Assembly: GCA_965228045.1 (NCBI GenBank)
Contig: OZ245789.1
Coordinates: 3,522,616 to 3,586,615 of the forward strand
DNA length: 64,000 nt
From: Cyclobacteriaceae bacterium
GTDB lineage: Bacteria; Bacteroidota; Bacteroidia; Cytophagales; Cyclobacteriaceae
Direction of reading: 5' to 3'
Below, one piece after another: positions 43,823-53,732 of the stretch (its first letter is position 1; each line of letters opens with the position of its first letter). The notes beneath the pieces were generated by a model. The model did not search any database. It saw only the letters and a program-made list of their open reading frames with translations, and had not been told where the DNA came from. The position numbers and the translations under genes were made by a program.

Positions 43823-45982
43823 ATGCAACAGATCTCTTTTTGGAAACCATGGGTAGCGGCAGGCTTAATAATAGCAACGCACGCCACAGTCACAGCACAG
43901 GAAGGTGAACTCACGCTTGATGACCTGTTCGCAACGCCAAAACTAACGGGAACAACCCCATCCCGGCCGGCGTGGGCTCCGAACAGCAAGAACTTCGCCT
44001 TTTCCTGGAGTGAACCGGGAAATTCCGGGCGTGGTCTTTGGATATCCACCAGCGATGGACAGGAAGTGCGCCTCAGTTCCGATACTGCATCTGCGTCCGT
44101 GCGTGATATTGTCTGGGCCAACGCGAACACGATCCTCAGCCTTCGGGGTAACAGCCTTTGGCAGACATCGCTGAGCCAGGGAAATGACCTCGAGTTCATG
44201 CCCGTAGAGTCGGATGCAAGTAACCTGTCCATATCGCCAAGCGGGAAGCAAGCGGCATATCTACGGAACGGTGATCTGTGGCTCGCTGACTTCCCCTCCA
44301 AACAGAATCGCAAGCTCACCGAGATCGGCATCGCCAGTCTATCGAGCTTGCAGAAGGGGCGCTACAGCCGACCGGAACGTGAAATCGGTCCGGGTATCTG
44401 GAGTGGGCCAACGTATAAGTGGTCCCCGGATGGTAAGATAATCGCGTTTCACGTCGTTGACCGACGTGAGATGCGAAAGGTGCCGTTCCCGGATTACCTT
44501 GCTGCCGAAACCAATCCCAACGAGGTACGCAGAGGCTACCCGGGAGATCCAAACGAGATTCGCAGGGTTGGCCTCCTCGATGTAGAAAGCGGTAACATCA
44601 CCTACCTCGATTTGCCAGACCCACATGCCAACCAGGTCATCGACTTCAACTGGTCACCTGACGGAGCTCTGCTGGTTGATACCGCATCCGACACGGCGGT
44701 TGAACGTAAATTGTACGTCGTTGCACCCGGAGAAAGCCAACTGAGTGAGATCTGGCGAGGTGCTCGGGAGAGCCGCATGTACACATCTTTTGGATCTACC
44801 TGGCATCCGGATGGAGAGAAGGTTGTTTTCTTAAGCGATATGGGTGATCGCTACGGCCTTTATACGATCGATGCCTCACCGTCCGGAGATCGTCCGCAGC
44901 TTCTGACAGATCCGTCCTACGATGTGCTATCCGCCCCAAGTATCGCTGATGATGCACTATTTTATGAAGGCAACGGCGTTAATCCGTACGAACAACACGT
45001 TTATCGATTGAATTTGTCCGGTGGCGATCCCGAGCAGGTAACGCGTCTTTCCGGCCGGAACGATGGCTATCCCTCACCGGATGGCCGACACCTGGTGTTC
45101 ATGCACAGTAACGACACATCACCGCCCGAGCTTTACGTGATGAGTAGCAAGGGTGGTGACGCTACACGAGTGACCCACTCGCCTTTGCCCGCTTTCACGG
45201 AGCGAACCTGGGCGGCTGCGGAATACGTTAGTTTTCCCAGTCTTGTAGATGACTACACCCTGCATGCCCGGATTTTAAAACCTGCCAACATGCAACCCGG
45301 TAAGAAGTATCCAGTGCTGTTTGGGCCTGTGTATTCGAATACAGCAAGGAACCGATGGGCCGGCAACTACAGCCTCGTACAACATCTTTTGGCCCGGAAG
45401 GGATATATTATTGTGCAGGTGGATTCACGTGGCAGCAACGGTTATGGCCGGGCATTCCGCGAGGAGTTCCTGTTGGGCTTTGCCGACCAGGACATTGAGG
45501 ATTATGCAAGTGCCGTAGCCCACATGGAGTCTCTGGATTATGTCGATCCCGATCGTATCGGCATCTGGGGCAGCAGTTACGGTGGCACCCTCTCCGTTTA
45601 TTCGCTGTTGATGAAGCCGGGTTTATTCCAGGTGGGTGTAGCTGCAGCGGCGGCTGTTGACCCAATGTTCTTTGGCACGGACGATGTTGCGATCGTTCGT
45701 CGCCCACAGACACACCCTGATATTTTTGAAAGAAAAGCCCTCAACCATGCAGCGAATCTGGAGGACAAACTCCTGTTCATCCACGGCATTCAGGACCATG
45801 TGGTACCATTCAAGACCACGGCCGTGTTGGCTGAAGAGCTGATTAAACAGGGCAAGGACTTCGACTTTGCGTTTGCACCAGGAGCTACACATGGATGGAG
45901 CCGTGAGCAGCATTACGATCGCTACCTGTTTGGCAAGATGATCGAATACTTTGACCGACACCTGGCCGTGCCGTCCGAGTAG
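43823..45982 (+). CDS. S9-family serine peptidase (beta-propeller plus prolyl oligopeptidase/DPP catalytic domain)
   Basis: TolB/DPP-like propeller repeats (WSPDGK..AF). Nucleophile elbow GIWGSSYGG. Late D and H segments (IHGIQDHVV, GATHGW). Visibly more GC-rich than its flanks. Confidence 0.85.
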   Translation: MQQISFWKPWVAAGLIIATHATVTAQEGELTLDDLFATPKLTGTTPSRPAWAPNSKNFAFSWSEPGNSGRGLWISTSDGQEVRLSSDTASASVRDIVWANANTILSLRGNSLWQTSLSQGNDLEFMPVESDASNLSISPSGKQAAYLRNGDLWLADFPSKQNRKLTEIGIASLSSLQKGRYSRPEREIGPGIWSGPTYKWSPDGKIIAFHVVDRREMRKVPFPDYLAAETNPNEVRRGYPGDPNEIRRVGLLDVESGNITYLDLPDPHANQVIDFNWSPDGALLVDTASDTAVERKLYVVAPGESQLSEIWRGARESRMYTSFGSTWHPDGEKVVFLSDMGDRYGLYTIDASPSGDRPQLLTDPSYDVLSAPSIADDALFYEGNGVNPYEQHVYRLNLSGGDPEQVTRLSGRNDGYPSPDGRHLVFMHSNDTSPPELYVMSSKGGDATRVTHSPLPAFTERTWAAAEYVSFPSLVDDYTLHARILKPANMQPGKKYPVLFGPVYSNTARNRWAGNYSLVQHLLARKGYIIVQVDSRGSNGYGRAFREEFLLGFADQDIEDYASAVAHMESLDYVDPDRIGIWGSSYGGTLSVYSLLMKPGLFQVGVAAAAAVDPMFFGTDDVAIVRRPQTHPDIFERKALNHAANLEDKLLFIHGIQDHVVPFKTTAVLAEELIKQGKDFDFAFAPGATHGWSREQHYDRYLFGKMIEYFDRHLAVPSE

Positions 45983-46599
45983 ATGCCTGCCAGATCGCTG
46001 ACGCTGAAGCTTTAGCGAAAGAGTCCGGCAGGCTGGTTTGCTGGTGTCTCTTTGTACGGCGTTGAGGAGCGCCTGGTGGATTTTCATAACGTCGTATGTG
46101 TCCGCCAGCGATTACATGGACTGGCGGTAACAAGTATGTTAGATTTCTTATCTATAAACCCCTGGAGTCAGCATGTTGACGGCATCAAACTCTCCAGATT
46201 TGAATTTGATCTGACTGGATACGATAGATAATCTTATAGTCCTTCGCAATCTTGGCGTACACGTTTTTGGGGGTGGTTGCTGTCCCGATATGAGCTAACT
46301 ATTAAAAACGCAATACTGACCAGAAGTAAAATGAAATCTAACGCCAGATATGGCGTTGTGCCATAGCTTTTAAGGGACTCAAAACCAGCAATATTTACAG
46401 CAAAACATTCCTGTTTGGATATTCCATAAAACGATGAAGAATTCAAGTATTTGCTTCATAGTTTATATCCCGGCTGCATAGTTTTTATGACTTCCTTAAA
46501 ATTTATGGATTTGGCTTCATAGGTCATAAGCCTCTCTTTCTCACCTCCCAGACCTTTGTAAAAATCAATTAATCACATAGTACATAAAAAATTAAGATC

Positions 46600-47253
46600 A
46601 TGAAAAGTTTATTAACAATGCTGCTGTTTTCTTGCGCACTTAGTGCTTTTGCTCAAAAGGACTCAATGGCAGATAATGAAACCACAGTAGCCCATAAGTG
46701 GAGGGTAAGTACACCTTATTTTATTATTACAGATCCTATCGGTGGGGGTTGGTTAGACGATAGAACAAGTACACAAATGATTGAACTTCATGTAAAACGC
46801 AACCTGGATAATAAAAATATCGTGGGTGTGAAGTTTGCCACCTGGCGATTATTTCAACCCATGGGAATCCTATGGTGGGATGGTCTTTTGGACAAATTAG
46901 AGACAGAAAGCGAGTTCTATCCAGGGTATGTACGAGAAACAGGAATAGGAATGACGTACCAACGAATGTTGTGGAAAGGGTTATTTGCAACCGTTGAAGT
47001 GTTGCCGCAATTCCAAACCTATCTGGATCTAGACGGCAATAAACTTGGAAATGGATTTAAAGTGTACAATTCGTATCATTTGGGCTACCATTTCGCATTT
47101 GGTAAGAAAAAACGAATTTTTATTGAACCACAGGTCCATTCCCAGCACTGGATGTTTGGCAACAATGCTCCTGAGGGGTTTAAAGGGCTGGACGATAAAT
47201 GGAGGAAGTACTTTCTTTTGGAGCCAAATATATACGTAGGGGTGAATTTTTAA
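46600..47253 (+). CDS. hypothetical secreted/outer-membrane protein
   Basis: Signal peptide MKSLLTMLLFSCALSAFAQ. Aromatic-rich and ends in F. Confidence 0.5.
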   Translation: MKSLLTMLLFSCALSAFAQKDSMADNETTVAHKWRVSTPYFIITDPIGGGWLDDRTSTQMIELHVKRNLDNKNIVGVKFATWRLFQPMGILWWDGLLDKLETESEFYPGYVRETGIGMTYQRMLWKGLFATVEVLPQFQTYLDLDGNKLGNGFKVYNSYHLGYHFAFGKKKRIFIEPQVHSQHWMFGNNAPEGFKGLDDKWRKYFLLEPNIYVGVNF

Positions 47254-47408
47254 TTCTATAGTCGGACAAGTCAGGATGTATAATTCCTGGCTTGACAGAC
47301 TGTATTGTACAACCTAGAATTGAATATGCACTTACGAATAGGGTATAGATTTTAACGTGAATAAAAACGATGATAACGAGTCAAAACAAATTCAAAAACT
47401 TAGAAACA

Positions 47409-47831
47409 ATGAGCAAAGCAAGAATCTCTAAAAAGTTATATATAATAGGATTGTTAGTGTTATTCATAACATCCTCCTGTTCTATAAGCTTACCAAGAAT
47501 TACAACAACTACGCCAAGTGAAACAGTTACAAATGATATTTCGCAAGTAGCATCATTAAAAAGGGAAGAGTATACTATTTTGGGAACTACGACGGGTAAA
47601 GCCTCAACAACGAGATTTTATGTACTGTTTATACCTATAGGAAAACATAAAACGAATAGCGAATTATTCGATAATGCTTATTATGAAGCAGTTGAAAATT
47701 TACCAAATGCAGATGCCATGATATTTCCACGTCAAAGGACAAATAAACTTACAATACCATTGCTACTCCTTAACTATAATAAAAGAACAACTACAGTAAC
47801 AGGAGTAGGAATATCAGTAGACGCACGCTAA
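47409..47831 (+). CDS. hypothetical lipoprotein
   Basis: Start at MSKARISKKLYIIGLLVLFITSSCS (lipobox). Confidence 0.45.
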   Translation: MSKARISKKLYIIGLLVLFITSSCSISLPRITTTTPSETVTNDISQVASLKREEYTILGTTTGKASTTRFYVLFIPIGKHKTNSELFDNAYYEAVENLPNADAMIFPRQRTNKLTIPLLLLNYNKRTTTVTGVGISVDAR

Positions 47832-47903
47832 GAGTAAAGAATCGATAACAGACCGCTTCCGGGTTTAGATAGATGTCATTCTATACTTAACAATTAAACC
47901 AGG

Positions 47904-48944
47904 ATGCAAAAATCCGACAAGATGAAAAAGCGTGTTACATCAATCATTTCATCCATGGCATTTGCCTTCGTTACGGTTATTATTTCGAGCTGTTCCTTTG
48001 GTCTACAGCCACTGCCAGACTCTGTCCAGGAACAACTGGATGATGCGGTAGATCAGGGCATGGATGGTATTATCGTCTGTGTCAATCGGTCGGAGGACAT
48101 TCAGCTGTACGCTGCGGGGTGGAAAAATCGTGAAAATCAGATCTCAGCCGATCCGCATGCATTGTTCAAGATTGCAAGCATCAGCAAGCTATACATCGCG
48201 GCTGCAACTGCCCGATTGGTTGCAAATGAGAAATTGTCATTGGACAAAACGCTATCGGAGTATATTCCAGAGGTAACAGGTCGTATTGAATTTGCGGATC
48301 AGATCACCTTGAAGATGATGCTCCAACACCGAAGCGGGATACTGGATTACAGTGCTGAACCGGAAATTACAGGTGAAACATTTGATGATTACCTCTCATT
48401 CGCTGCCCGGATTTACGATAAGCCAGCAGTATTTTATCCCAACAAGAAATATGGATATTCTAATACCAATTATTTGCTTATAGGGGAAATCATAGATCGT
48501 TCATTAGGCTACTCTCATCATACCTATATTCAAGATGAGCTGTTGACACCACTTGGTTTAATCAATACCTACAATGTCCCGGGAGACGTAGATATGGAAG
48601 AGCTGATGAGTGGTTACCTGAAAGGTTGGGAACCTGATGTAAAGGATTGGGAGTTTCCACTTCCCGGTGGATCGATGATCTCTACTGCAGAAGATGTGAG
48701 TGTTTTTCTAAGAGCACTTATCGATGGGACCCTATTTTCACCTGAGGAGCAGAGCATTTACACATCGGTATATCCATATGAACATACCGGCTGGTTGCCA
48801 GGCTATACCAGCATCGCTCGCTACCATCCTGACTTAGATGCGGTAGTGGTCCAGTTTGTCAGTACCAGCGGTAAGGAAATCTACTGGCTCGAACTCAAAA
48901 GTCTCTATAAGCGAATTGTCCGAATCCTCGAAATAAAATGCTAA
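47904..48944 (+). CDS. beta-lactamase-fold serine hydrolase (class C/PBP4*-like)
   Basis: S-x-x-K motif FKIASISKLY and a YSNTNY segment. 346 aa. Confidence 0.8.
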   Translation: MQKSDKMKKRVTSIISSMAFAFVTVIISSCSFGLQPLPDSVQEQLDDAVDQGMDGIIVCVNRSEDIQLYAAGWKNRENQISADPHALFKIASISKLYIAAATARLVANEKLSLDKTLSEYIPEVTGRIEFADQITLKMMLQHRSGILDYSAEPEITGETFDDYLSFAARIYDKPAVFYPNKKYGYSNTNYLLIGEIIDRSLGYSHHTYIQDELLTPLGLINTYNVPGDVDMEELMSGYLKGWEPDVKDWEFPLPGGSMISTAEDVSVFLRALIDGTLFSPEEQSIYTSVYPYEHTGWLPGYTSIARYHPDLDAVVVQFVSTSGKEIYWLELKSLYKRIVRILEIKC

Positions 48945-48961
48945 TCCATAAAAATCAGATC

Positions 48962-49513
48962 ATGATACGACCCGTGCTAATCATCCTAATCCTATTGTTG
49001 CCGTTGGCGCATCAGGCACAAACAAGTAATACGGAAAACACGGGTAAATTGGGTTTTAGTTTAAATACAGGTTATAATGGAGAGCTATTCGCCTTTCAGG
49101 TTACTCCGAGTCTGGCATATTTGAAGAGAAATAGTCAGTTCGAATTAGGCCTGGGTTTCAATCCATTTGGTCGTACTGACCAGACACTTTTTAGTGGGGA
49201 CATAAACCACAAGTATTTCCCTAACGGCACAGGACGGAAATTTAACCTCTATTTCGTCTCACAACTAATCATTATTCACAATGAACGAAACACCTACTAT
49301 CCTGCAACCTACAACTATCTTTTTCTGAATGCCGGCTACGGTTTTCAAATTAAGCTCTTTGAAGGTGCATATCTAGGCACCAATGTTAAAATTGGTACTT
49401 TCACATATAATAAATCCTCTACCAATCCCTATGAAGGGTTTTATTCAACAGGTTTTCTTGATGAGACCGGATTCAATTTTGACTTTCAATTACACCTTAA
49501 CTATTTCTTTTAA
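48962..49513 (+). CDS. hypothetical outer-membrane beta-barrel-like protein
   Basis: Start at MIRPVLIILILLLPLAHQAQ. Alternating hydrophobic pattern. Terminal YFF. Confidence 0.45.
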   Translation: MIRPVLIILILLLPLAHQAQTSNTENTGKLGFSLNTGYNGELFAFQVTPSLAYLKRNSQFELGLGFNPFGRTDQTLFSGDINHKYFPNGTGRKFNLYFVSQLIIIHNERNTYYPATYNYLFLNAGYGFQIKLFEGAYLGTNVKIGTFTYNKSSTNPYEGFYSTGFLDETGFNFDFQLHLNYFF

Positions 49514-49552
49514 ACCACCCTGTTTTCCTCAGATAACAAGTCCTAAACCTAC

Positions 49553-50581
49553 ATGACCATGACCTCTCGAAAAACCATAGTAATTAGAATCATACTCTTT
49601 GTTGGAACCGTCATTTCCTTATTTTTTGTCCCATGGCTGCTGGTAAAAGCTTGGATAATGCCGCTACCTGATACCATCCAGGAACAAGCCAATGAGGCCA
49701 TTGGTCATGGATTTGACGGAATGATCGTTTATGTAGATCAAGCTGGTCAATCGCCCCAATATGTTGCTTCAGGTTGGCATGATCGGGACGCGAAAATACC
49801 GGCCAAACCTGACGCACTATTTAAGATAGCCAGCATTGGCAAGCTATATGATGCTGTAGCTGTTACCAAATTGGTAAGCTCCGGGCTATTGTCTTTGGAT
49901 AAAACCCTCGCTGATTACATGCCTGAACTGACAGGTACGATCGACAATGCCGGGCAGATCACGTTGCGAAACATGATCCAGCACCGAAGCGGGATTCCCA
50001 ATTACACAGACGCGCCAAATTACTGGGCTGCACCTGCCATAACCTATGAGGAAATGCTCGCCTCGATTCAAGACCTACCGGCCAACTTTGAACCGGGTGA
50101 AGATTACGAGTACTGTAACACCAATTACCTGCTACTAGGTAAGATCATGGATAAGGTACTGGGGTATGAGAACGCCCGATTCAAACAGGAAGAAATCCTG
50201 ACTCCACTCAAGCTGACCAATACTTTTGGTTCATTGAACGATGTGAATATGGATGATGTCATGAGTGGTTATCACGTTGGACATCCACACGATTTAAAGG
50301 CGGACGATCTTGGAATGATAGCAACTGCCGAGGACGTAGGCATCTTCCTCAGAGCGCTGAACGATGGTTCGTTGTTTGATGAAGGAGAGCAGGAGATATA
50401 TTCTTCCATCTATGAATACAAACATGGGGGTTGGGTCCCCGGCTATCAAAGCTTTGCGGAATACTACGAAGACATTGATGCAGTAGTGGTTGCATTCTAC
50501 AATACAACAGACCCTAAACTGTACAATTGGAACTTATCAGAAATCATCAATAGTAGAATTGTTAAAATATTGAGAAAGTAA
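49553..50581 (+). CDS. beta-lactamase-fold serine hydrolase, paralog of 47904..48944
   Basis: FKIASIGKLY and YCNTNYLLLGKIMDKVLGY. Colinear with the upstream paralog. Confidence 0.8.
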   Translation: MTMTSRKTIVIRIILFVGTVISLFFVPWLLVKAWIMPLPDTIQEQANEAIGHGFDGMIVYVDQAGQSPQYVASGWHDRDAKIPAKPDALFKIASIGKLYDAVAVTKLVSSGLLSLDKTLADYMPELTGTIDNAGQITLRNMIQHRSGIPNYTDAPNYWAAPAITYEEMLASIQDLPANFEPGEDYEYCNTNYLLLGKIMDKVLGYENARFKQEEILTPLKLTNTFGSLNDVNMDDVMSGYHVGHPHDLKADDLGMIATAEDVGIFLRALNDGSLFDEGEQEIYSSIYEYKHGGWVPGYQSFAEYYEDIDAVVVAFYNTTDPKLYNWNLSEIINSRIVKILRK

Positions 50582-50663
50582 AAGAGCTCATAACACACAA
50601 CACTATCATCCGGAGGCTTTGCCACTAACCATCATCTTTCTGAAAGCACCAGAACTTGATCAA

Positions 50664-50912
50664 ATGAAGAAAAGAGTACCTAAGGCGATAAAATTAGTAG
50701 TTGCTTTTTTGCTACTTGTTGTATTAATAACAGTTTTTGCCATTTTATCACCCATGCCGGATATTCCTAAGCCTGAAAAGCATGATCGAATTCTTATCAA
50801 ATCAATTAATGTAGTTGACGTTACAACCGGAGAAATTATTCCAAATCAAAACGTATTTAAAGAACAGAACAGAATTACGTCAATAAAAAGTGCTGATACT
50901 AGTAAAGCCTAA
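50664..50912 (+). pseudogene. N-terminal fragment of an amidohydrolase-family protein
   Basis: TM anchor followed by ILIKSINVVDVTTGEIIPNQNVFKEQNRITSI, typical of the first strand-turn of metal-dependent amidohydrolases. Stops after 82 aa. Confidence 0.35.
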
Positions 50913-50952
50913 ATGTATCCAAGTGAATACACCTGCGTATGTATTTTGTTGA

Positions 50953-51073
50953 AAGACGGAGGTATTTGATTGGTGGTTAAAGAAACTCAAAGATCAACGG
51001 ATAAAAGCTAAAATCCTCTTCAGAATTCAACGAGTTCAAGAAAAAGGAAATTTTGGGGATTGCGAACCGGTAG
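50953..51073 (+). pseudogene. remnant of an addiction-module killer (RelE/ParE-superfamily) toxin
   Basis: KTEVFDWWLKKLKDQRIKAKILFRIQRVQEKGNFGDCEPV matches the N-terminal half of that family. There is an in-frame stop just upstream, and similarity is lost after EPV. Confidence 0.5.
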
Positions 51074-51098
51074 AGATTCTAGCAACTCGGACGCATTC

Positions 51099-51506
51099 TC
51101 ATTTTTGGATAGCCGTTATGTGGTCCGACTGTATCGATTGAAGCTTTGTCCGTAATTCAAAATAGAACTCAAATGCCAATTCTCTGACAGAATATAAATC
51201 TCCCAGGTCAACCTTTTCAGAGTAGATACACAGCTTTTCAAAATACCAGTTCCATAGTTCATCTGTTCTCACGCCGAAACCCATAAGTGAAAGAATAAGT
51301 ACTCCGAGATCCGGTGTATACAAGGAAGTATCGAAACCTACATTTCCTAATTCTACCGTAAACTTTGTTCCCTGAAGTTCCTTTTTGATCAGGAACAAGA
51401 TCATATCATGACTATCTGACAGTTTAAATAACGGTAAGTTTTCAACCTGATTTTCATTTTCATATACAATATAAATATGGTAGTAAATATATCTAAATAT
51501 TTTCAT
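51099..51506 (-). CDS. hypothetical protein
   Basis: 135-aa ORF with no motif recognised. Confidence 0.35.
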   Translation of the reverse strand: MKIFRYIYYHIYIVYENENQVENLPLFKLSDSHDMILFLIKKELQGTKFTVELGNVGFDTSLYTPDLGVLILSLMGFGVRTDELWNWYFEKLCIYSEKVDLGDLYSVRELAFEFYFELRTKLQSIQSDHITAIQK

Positions 51507-51522
51507 TAAATATCATTGGCAC

Positions 51523-51723
51523 GTGAAACATGAAATCACTGACAAGCAACGCGACATATTGGAGCTCCTGGCAGAAGGTCTGAGCAGTGATGAAATTGCC
51601 AAAAAACTGGGGAACAGTAAGAAAACCATTGACTCCGTTCGGATAGATATGCTCAGAAGATTCCAGGTTAAAAATGTAGCCCACCTTGTTGCTTATGGAT
51701 TCCGTAAAGGCTGGTTGAAATAA
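51523..51723 (+). CDS. stand-alone LuxR/GerE-type HTH protein (66 aa)
   Basis: ITDKQRDILELLAEGLSSDEIAKKLGNSKKTIDSVRIDMLRRFQVKN. GTG start. Confidence 0.65.
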   Translation: MKHEITDKQRDILELLAEGLSSDEIAKKLGNSKKTIDSVRIDMLRRFQVKNVAHLVAYGFRKGWLK

Positions 51724-51920
51724 CGGCACATAACAAATCGCCCAAGAGGGTCTCAATACCTGGTTAGCGCCGGGACGCCTAGTCAGGGTTCTTTGCCTGC
51801 ATTTCCTATCTTTAAGTTAATCATTTACACTTCCTGGTATAATTATAGCACAGAAAGCGAAAGGTTATGTGTCAATCCACACAAGTAAAGACCCCGCATG
51901 AGTGTAACAGAAATTTTAGA

Positions 51921-52313
51921 ATGAACCCGATAAGTATCCCGATCCATTTAGTAACTCCAACTGCTATTGCATTGATTGGAATCATTCTACTACTAATCTA
52001 TAGACGAAGAATCAACAAGAGTTTACTTATCGGAATTCTAACATTCCTAGGTTTTTATGTAATTACTGTGGGGATGGCTGTTTATGATGACATTTTCAGT
52101 CAATGGCATTTGAACCAATTTGACTTGAACCAGGATGGCGTTTTCTCGGGTGACGAACTAACACCTGAACAGGACGCAGCAATGTCTGAACTAATCAACG
52201 ATGTTGGACGGAATTTCTCATTCATAACTGGAGGAATTGCAGGTTTTATCCTTGGACTTGCTGTCTATATCTTTAGTCGAATTTTCGAACGTATTAAAAT
52301 AAAAAGACAATGA
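51921..52313 (+). CDS. hypothetical membrane protein
   Basis: Start at MNPISIPIHLV. Three hydrophobic helices and an EF-hand-like DLNQDGVFSGDEL segment. Confidence 0.45.
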   Translation: MNPISIPIHLVTPTAIALIGIILLLIYRRRINKSLLIGILTFLGFYVITVGMAVYDDIFSQWHLNQFDLNQDGVFSGDELTPEQDAAMSELINDVGRNFSFITGGIAGFILGLAVYIFSRIFERIKIKRQ

Positions 52314-52334
52314 CAACCATCAAGCCAATTAGAA

Positions 52335-52727
52335 ATGAATCCGGATATTCAAACGTATAATGACAAGCAGACATTTGCAGATAAGGAAATTTGCGACCTG
52401 CTCCTCAGAGTCATTAATGATGAACTTAAACAGGCTGAAAACAAAATTTGGCACTCCCATCCAGTTTGGTTCCTGGATGGCAATCCGATTGTCGGATATA
52501 GCAAACAGAAAAAAGGGATACGCCTAATGTTTTGGAGTGGAGCGGACTTTGAAGAAGAAGGCTTAAACATATTAGGTGAGAAATTTAAAGACGCTTCCAT
52601 TTTTTACAACAACGTTTCAGAAATCAATACAATGGACCTGAAACGTTGGCTTGAAAAAGCGACGGAAATACAATGGGATTACAAAAACATCGTAAAGCGA
52701 AAAGGTAAGTTGAAGCGAATAAAATGA
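52335..52727 (+). CDS. DUF1801 (YdhG-like) domain protein
   Basis: ICDLLLRVINDEL...IWHSHPVWFLDGNPIVGYSKQKKGIRLMFWSG pattern. Confidence 0.55.
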   Translation: MNPDIQTYNDKQTFADKEICDLLLRVINDELKQAENKIWHSHPVWFLDGNPIVGYSKQKKGIRLMFWSGADFEEEGLNILGEKFKDASIFYNNVSEINTMDLKRWLEKATEIQWDYKNIVKRKGKLKRIK

Positions 52728-52873
52728 TCAAAGTACAAATCTCATTTAACCGAAAGTATTCTTATGGCTATGACCTTCCACATGCATTTTAAAGGAGAAG
52801 TTGGTGACGAAATGGATGCTCGTTTCACCAAGCTACCACTATTCAATTCAGACAATTAAAGCGAAAATAACCT

Positions 52874-53449
52874 GTGTCATCAGAAAACACCTTTTGTCCA
52901 AAAGACCCGTCAGACTGGCGGGAATGGTTAAAGAAAAACCATAAGTCGGAACAGTCGGTCTGGCTTATTTATTACAAGTCCGCTTCCGAGCATTTCAATC
53001 TCAGCTGGAGTCAGGCAGTGGATGAAGCGCTGTGTTTTGGATGGATCGACAGCAGAAAGGACACGATCGATGAGGAGCGTTACAAGCAGCTTTTCAGCAA
53101 AAGAAAACCCAAAAGCCCCTGGTCCAGAATCAACAAAGAAAAAGTAGAGCGGCTGATCAAGAAGAAGCTTATAGCAAAAGCCGGACATGAAGCCATCGAG
53201 GTCGCCAAAGAGAACGGTTCATGGAGTAAGTTCGACCACGTAGATCAACTGATCGTACCGGAAGACCTGGATCAGGCCCTAACTGAAAGTCCTAAAGCAA
53301 AACACTTTTTTGAAAACTTAAGTCCTAGTAGCAAAAAAGCCATACTGGCCTGGGTTGCCATGGCCAAAAGACCGGAAACCCGTAAACGCAGAATCGATGA
53401 AGTAATTCGTCGCGCAGAACAAGATCTGAAGCCAAAGCAGTTTACTTAG
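52874..53449 (+). CDS. YdeI/OmpD-associated family protein
   Basis: WREWLKKNH...VWLIYYK...LSWSQAVDEALCFGWIDS...PWSRINKEKVERLI. GTG start. Confidence 0.6.
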   Translation: MSSENTFCPKDPSDWREWLKKNHKSEQSVWLIYYKSASEHFNLSWSQAVDEALCFGWIDSRKDTIDEERYKQLFSKRKPKSPWSRINKEKVERLIKKKLIAKAGHEAIEVAKENGSWSKFDHVDQLIVPEDLDQALTESPKAKHFFENLSPSSKKAILAWVAMAKRPETRKRRIDEVIRRAEQDLKPKQFT

Positions 53450-53462
53450 TGAGACAAGGAAT

Positions 53463-53726
53463 TCAATACCGTGCAAACTGCTCATCTACATAGCACCATA
53501 CCCATTTTTCGTTAGGTTCTGCAGAAATAACTAGGCTATGACCGGGATGGGCATGATAATGTTTGGTCATGTGTTTATTGGGTGAAGAGTCACAGCAAAG
53601 TGTGGCGCCACATTCCTGACAAGTCCGTAAATGAACCCATCGGTCTCCATTTTTCACACATTCCTCACACTCATATTCTTGAGGGAGCTTTTTTGGTTTG
53701 AAATTCTCTACGTGTTCGCAACTCAT
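53463..53726 (-). CDS. UBP-type zinc-finger protein
   Basis: CEECVKNGDRWVHLRTCQECGATLCCDSSPNKHMTKHYHAHPGH. Confidence 0.75.
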   Translation of the reverse strand: MSCEHVENFKPKKLPQEYECEECVKNGDRWVHLRTCQECGATLCCDSSPNKHMTKHYHAHPGHSLVISAEPNEKWVWCYVDEQFARY

Positions 53727-53732
53727 GATAAA

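Noticed and set aside
46234-46446. 70-aa minus-strand ORF in the gap after the S9 peptidase.
   Set aside because: It has no motif, no clear start context, and lies in an apparently decayed intergenic region. Support is insufficient.
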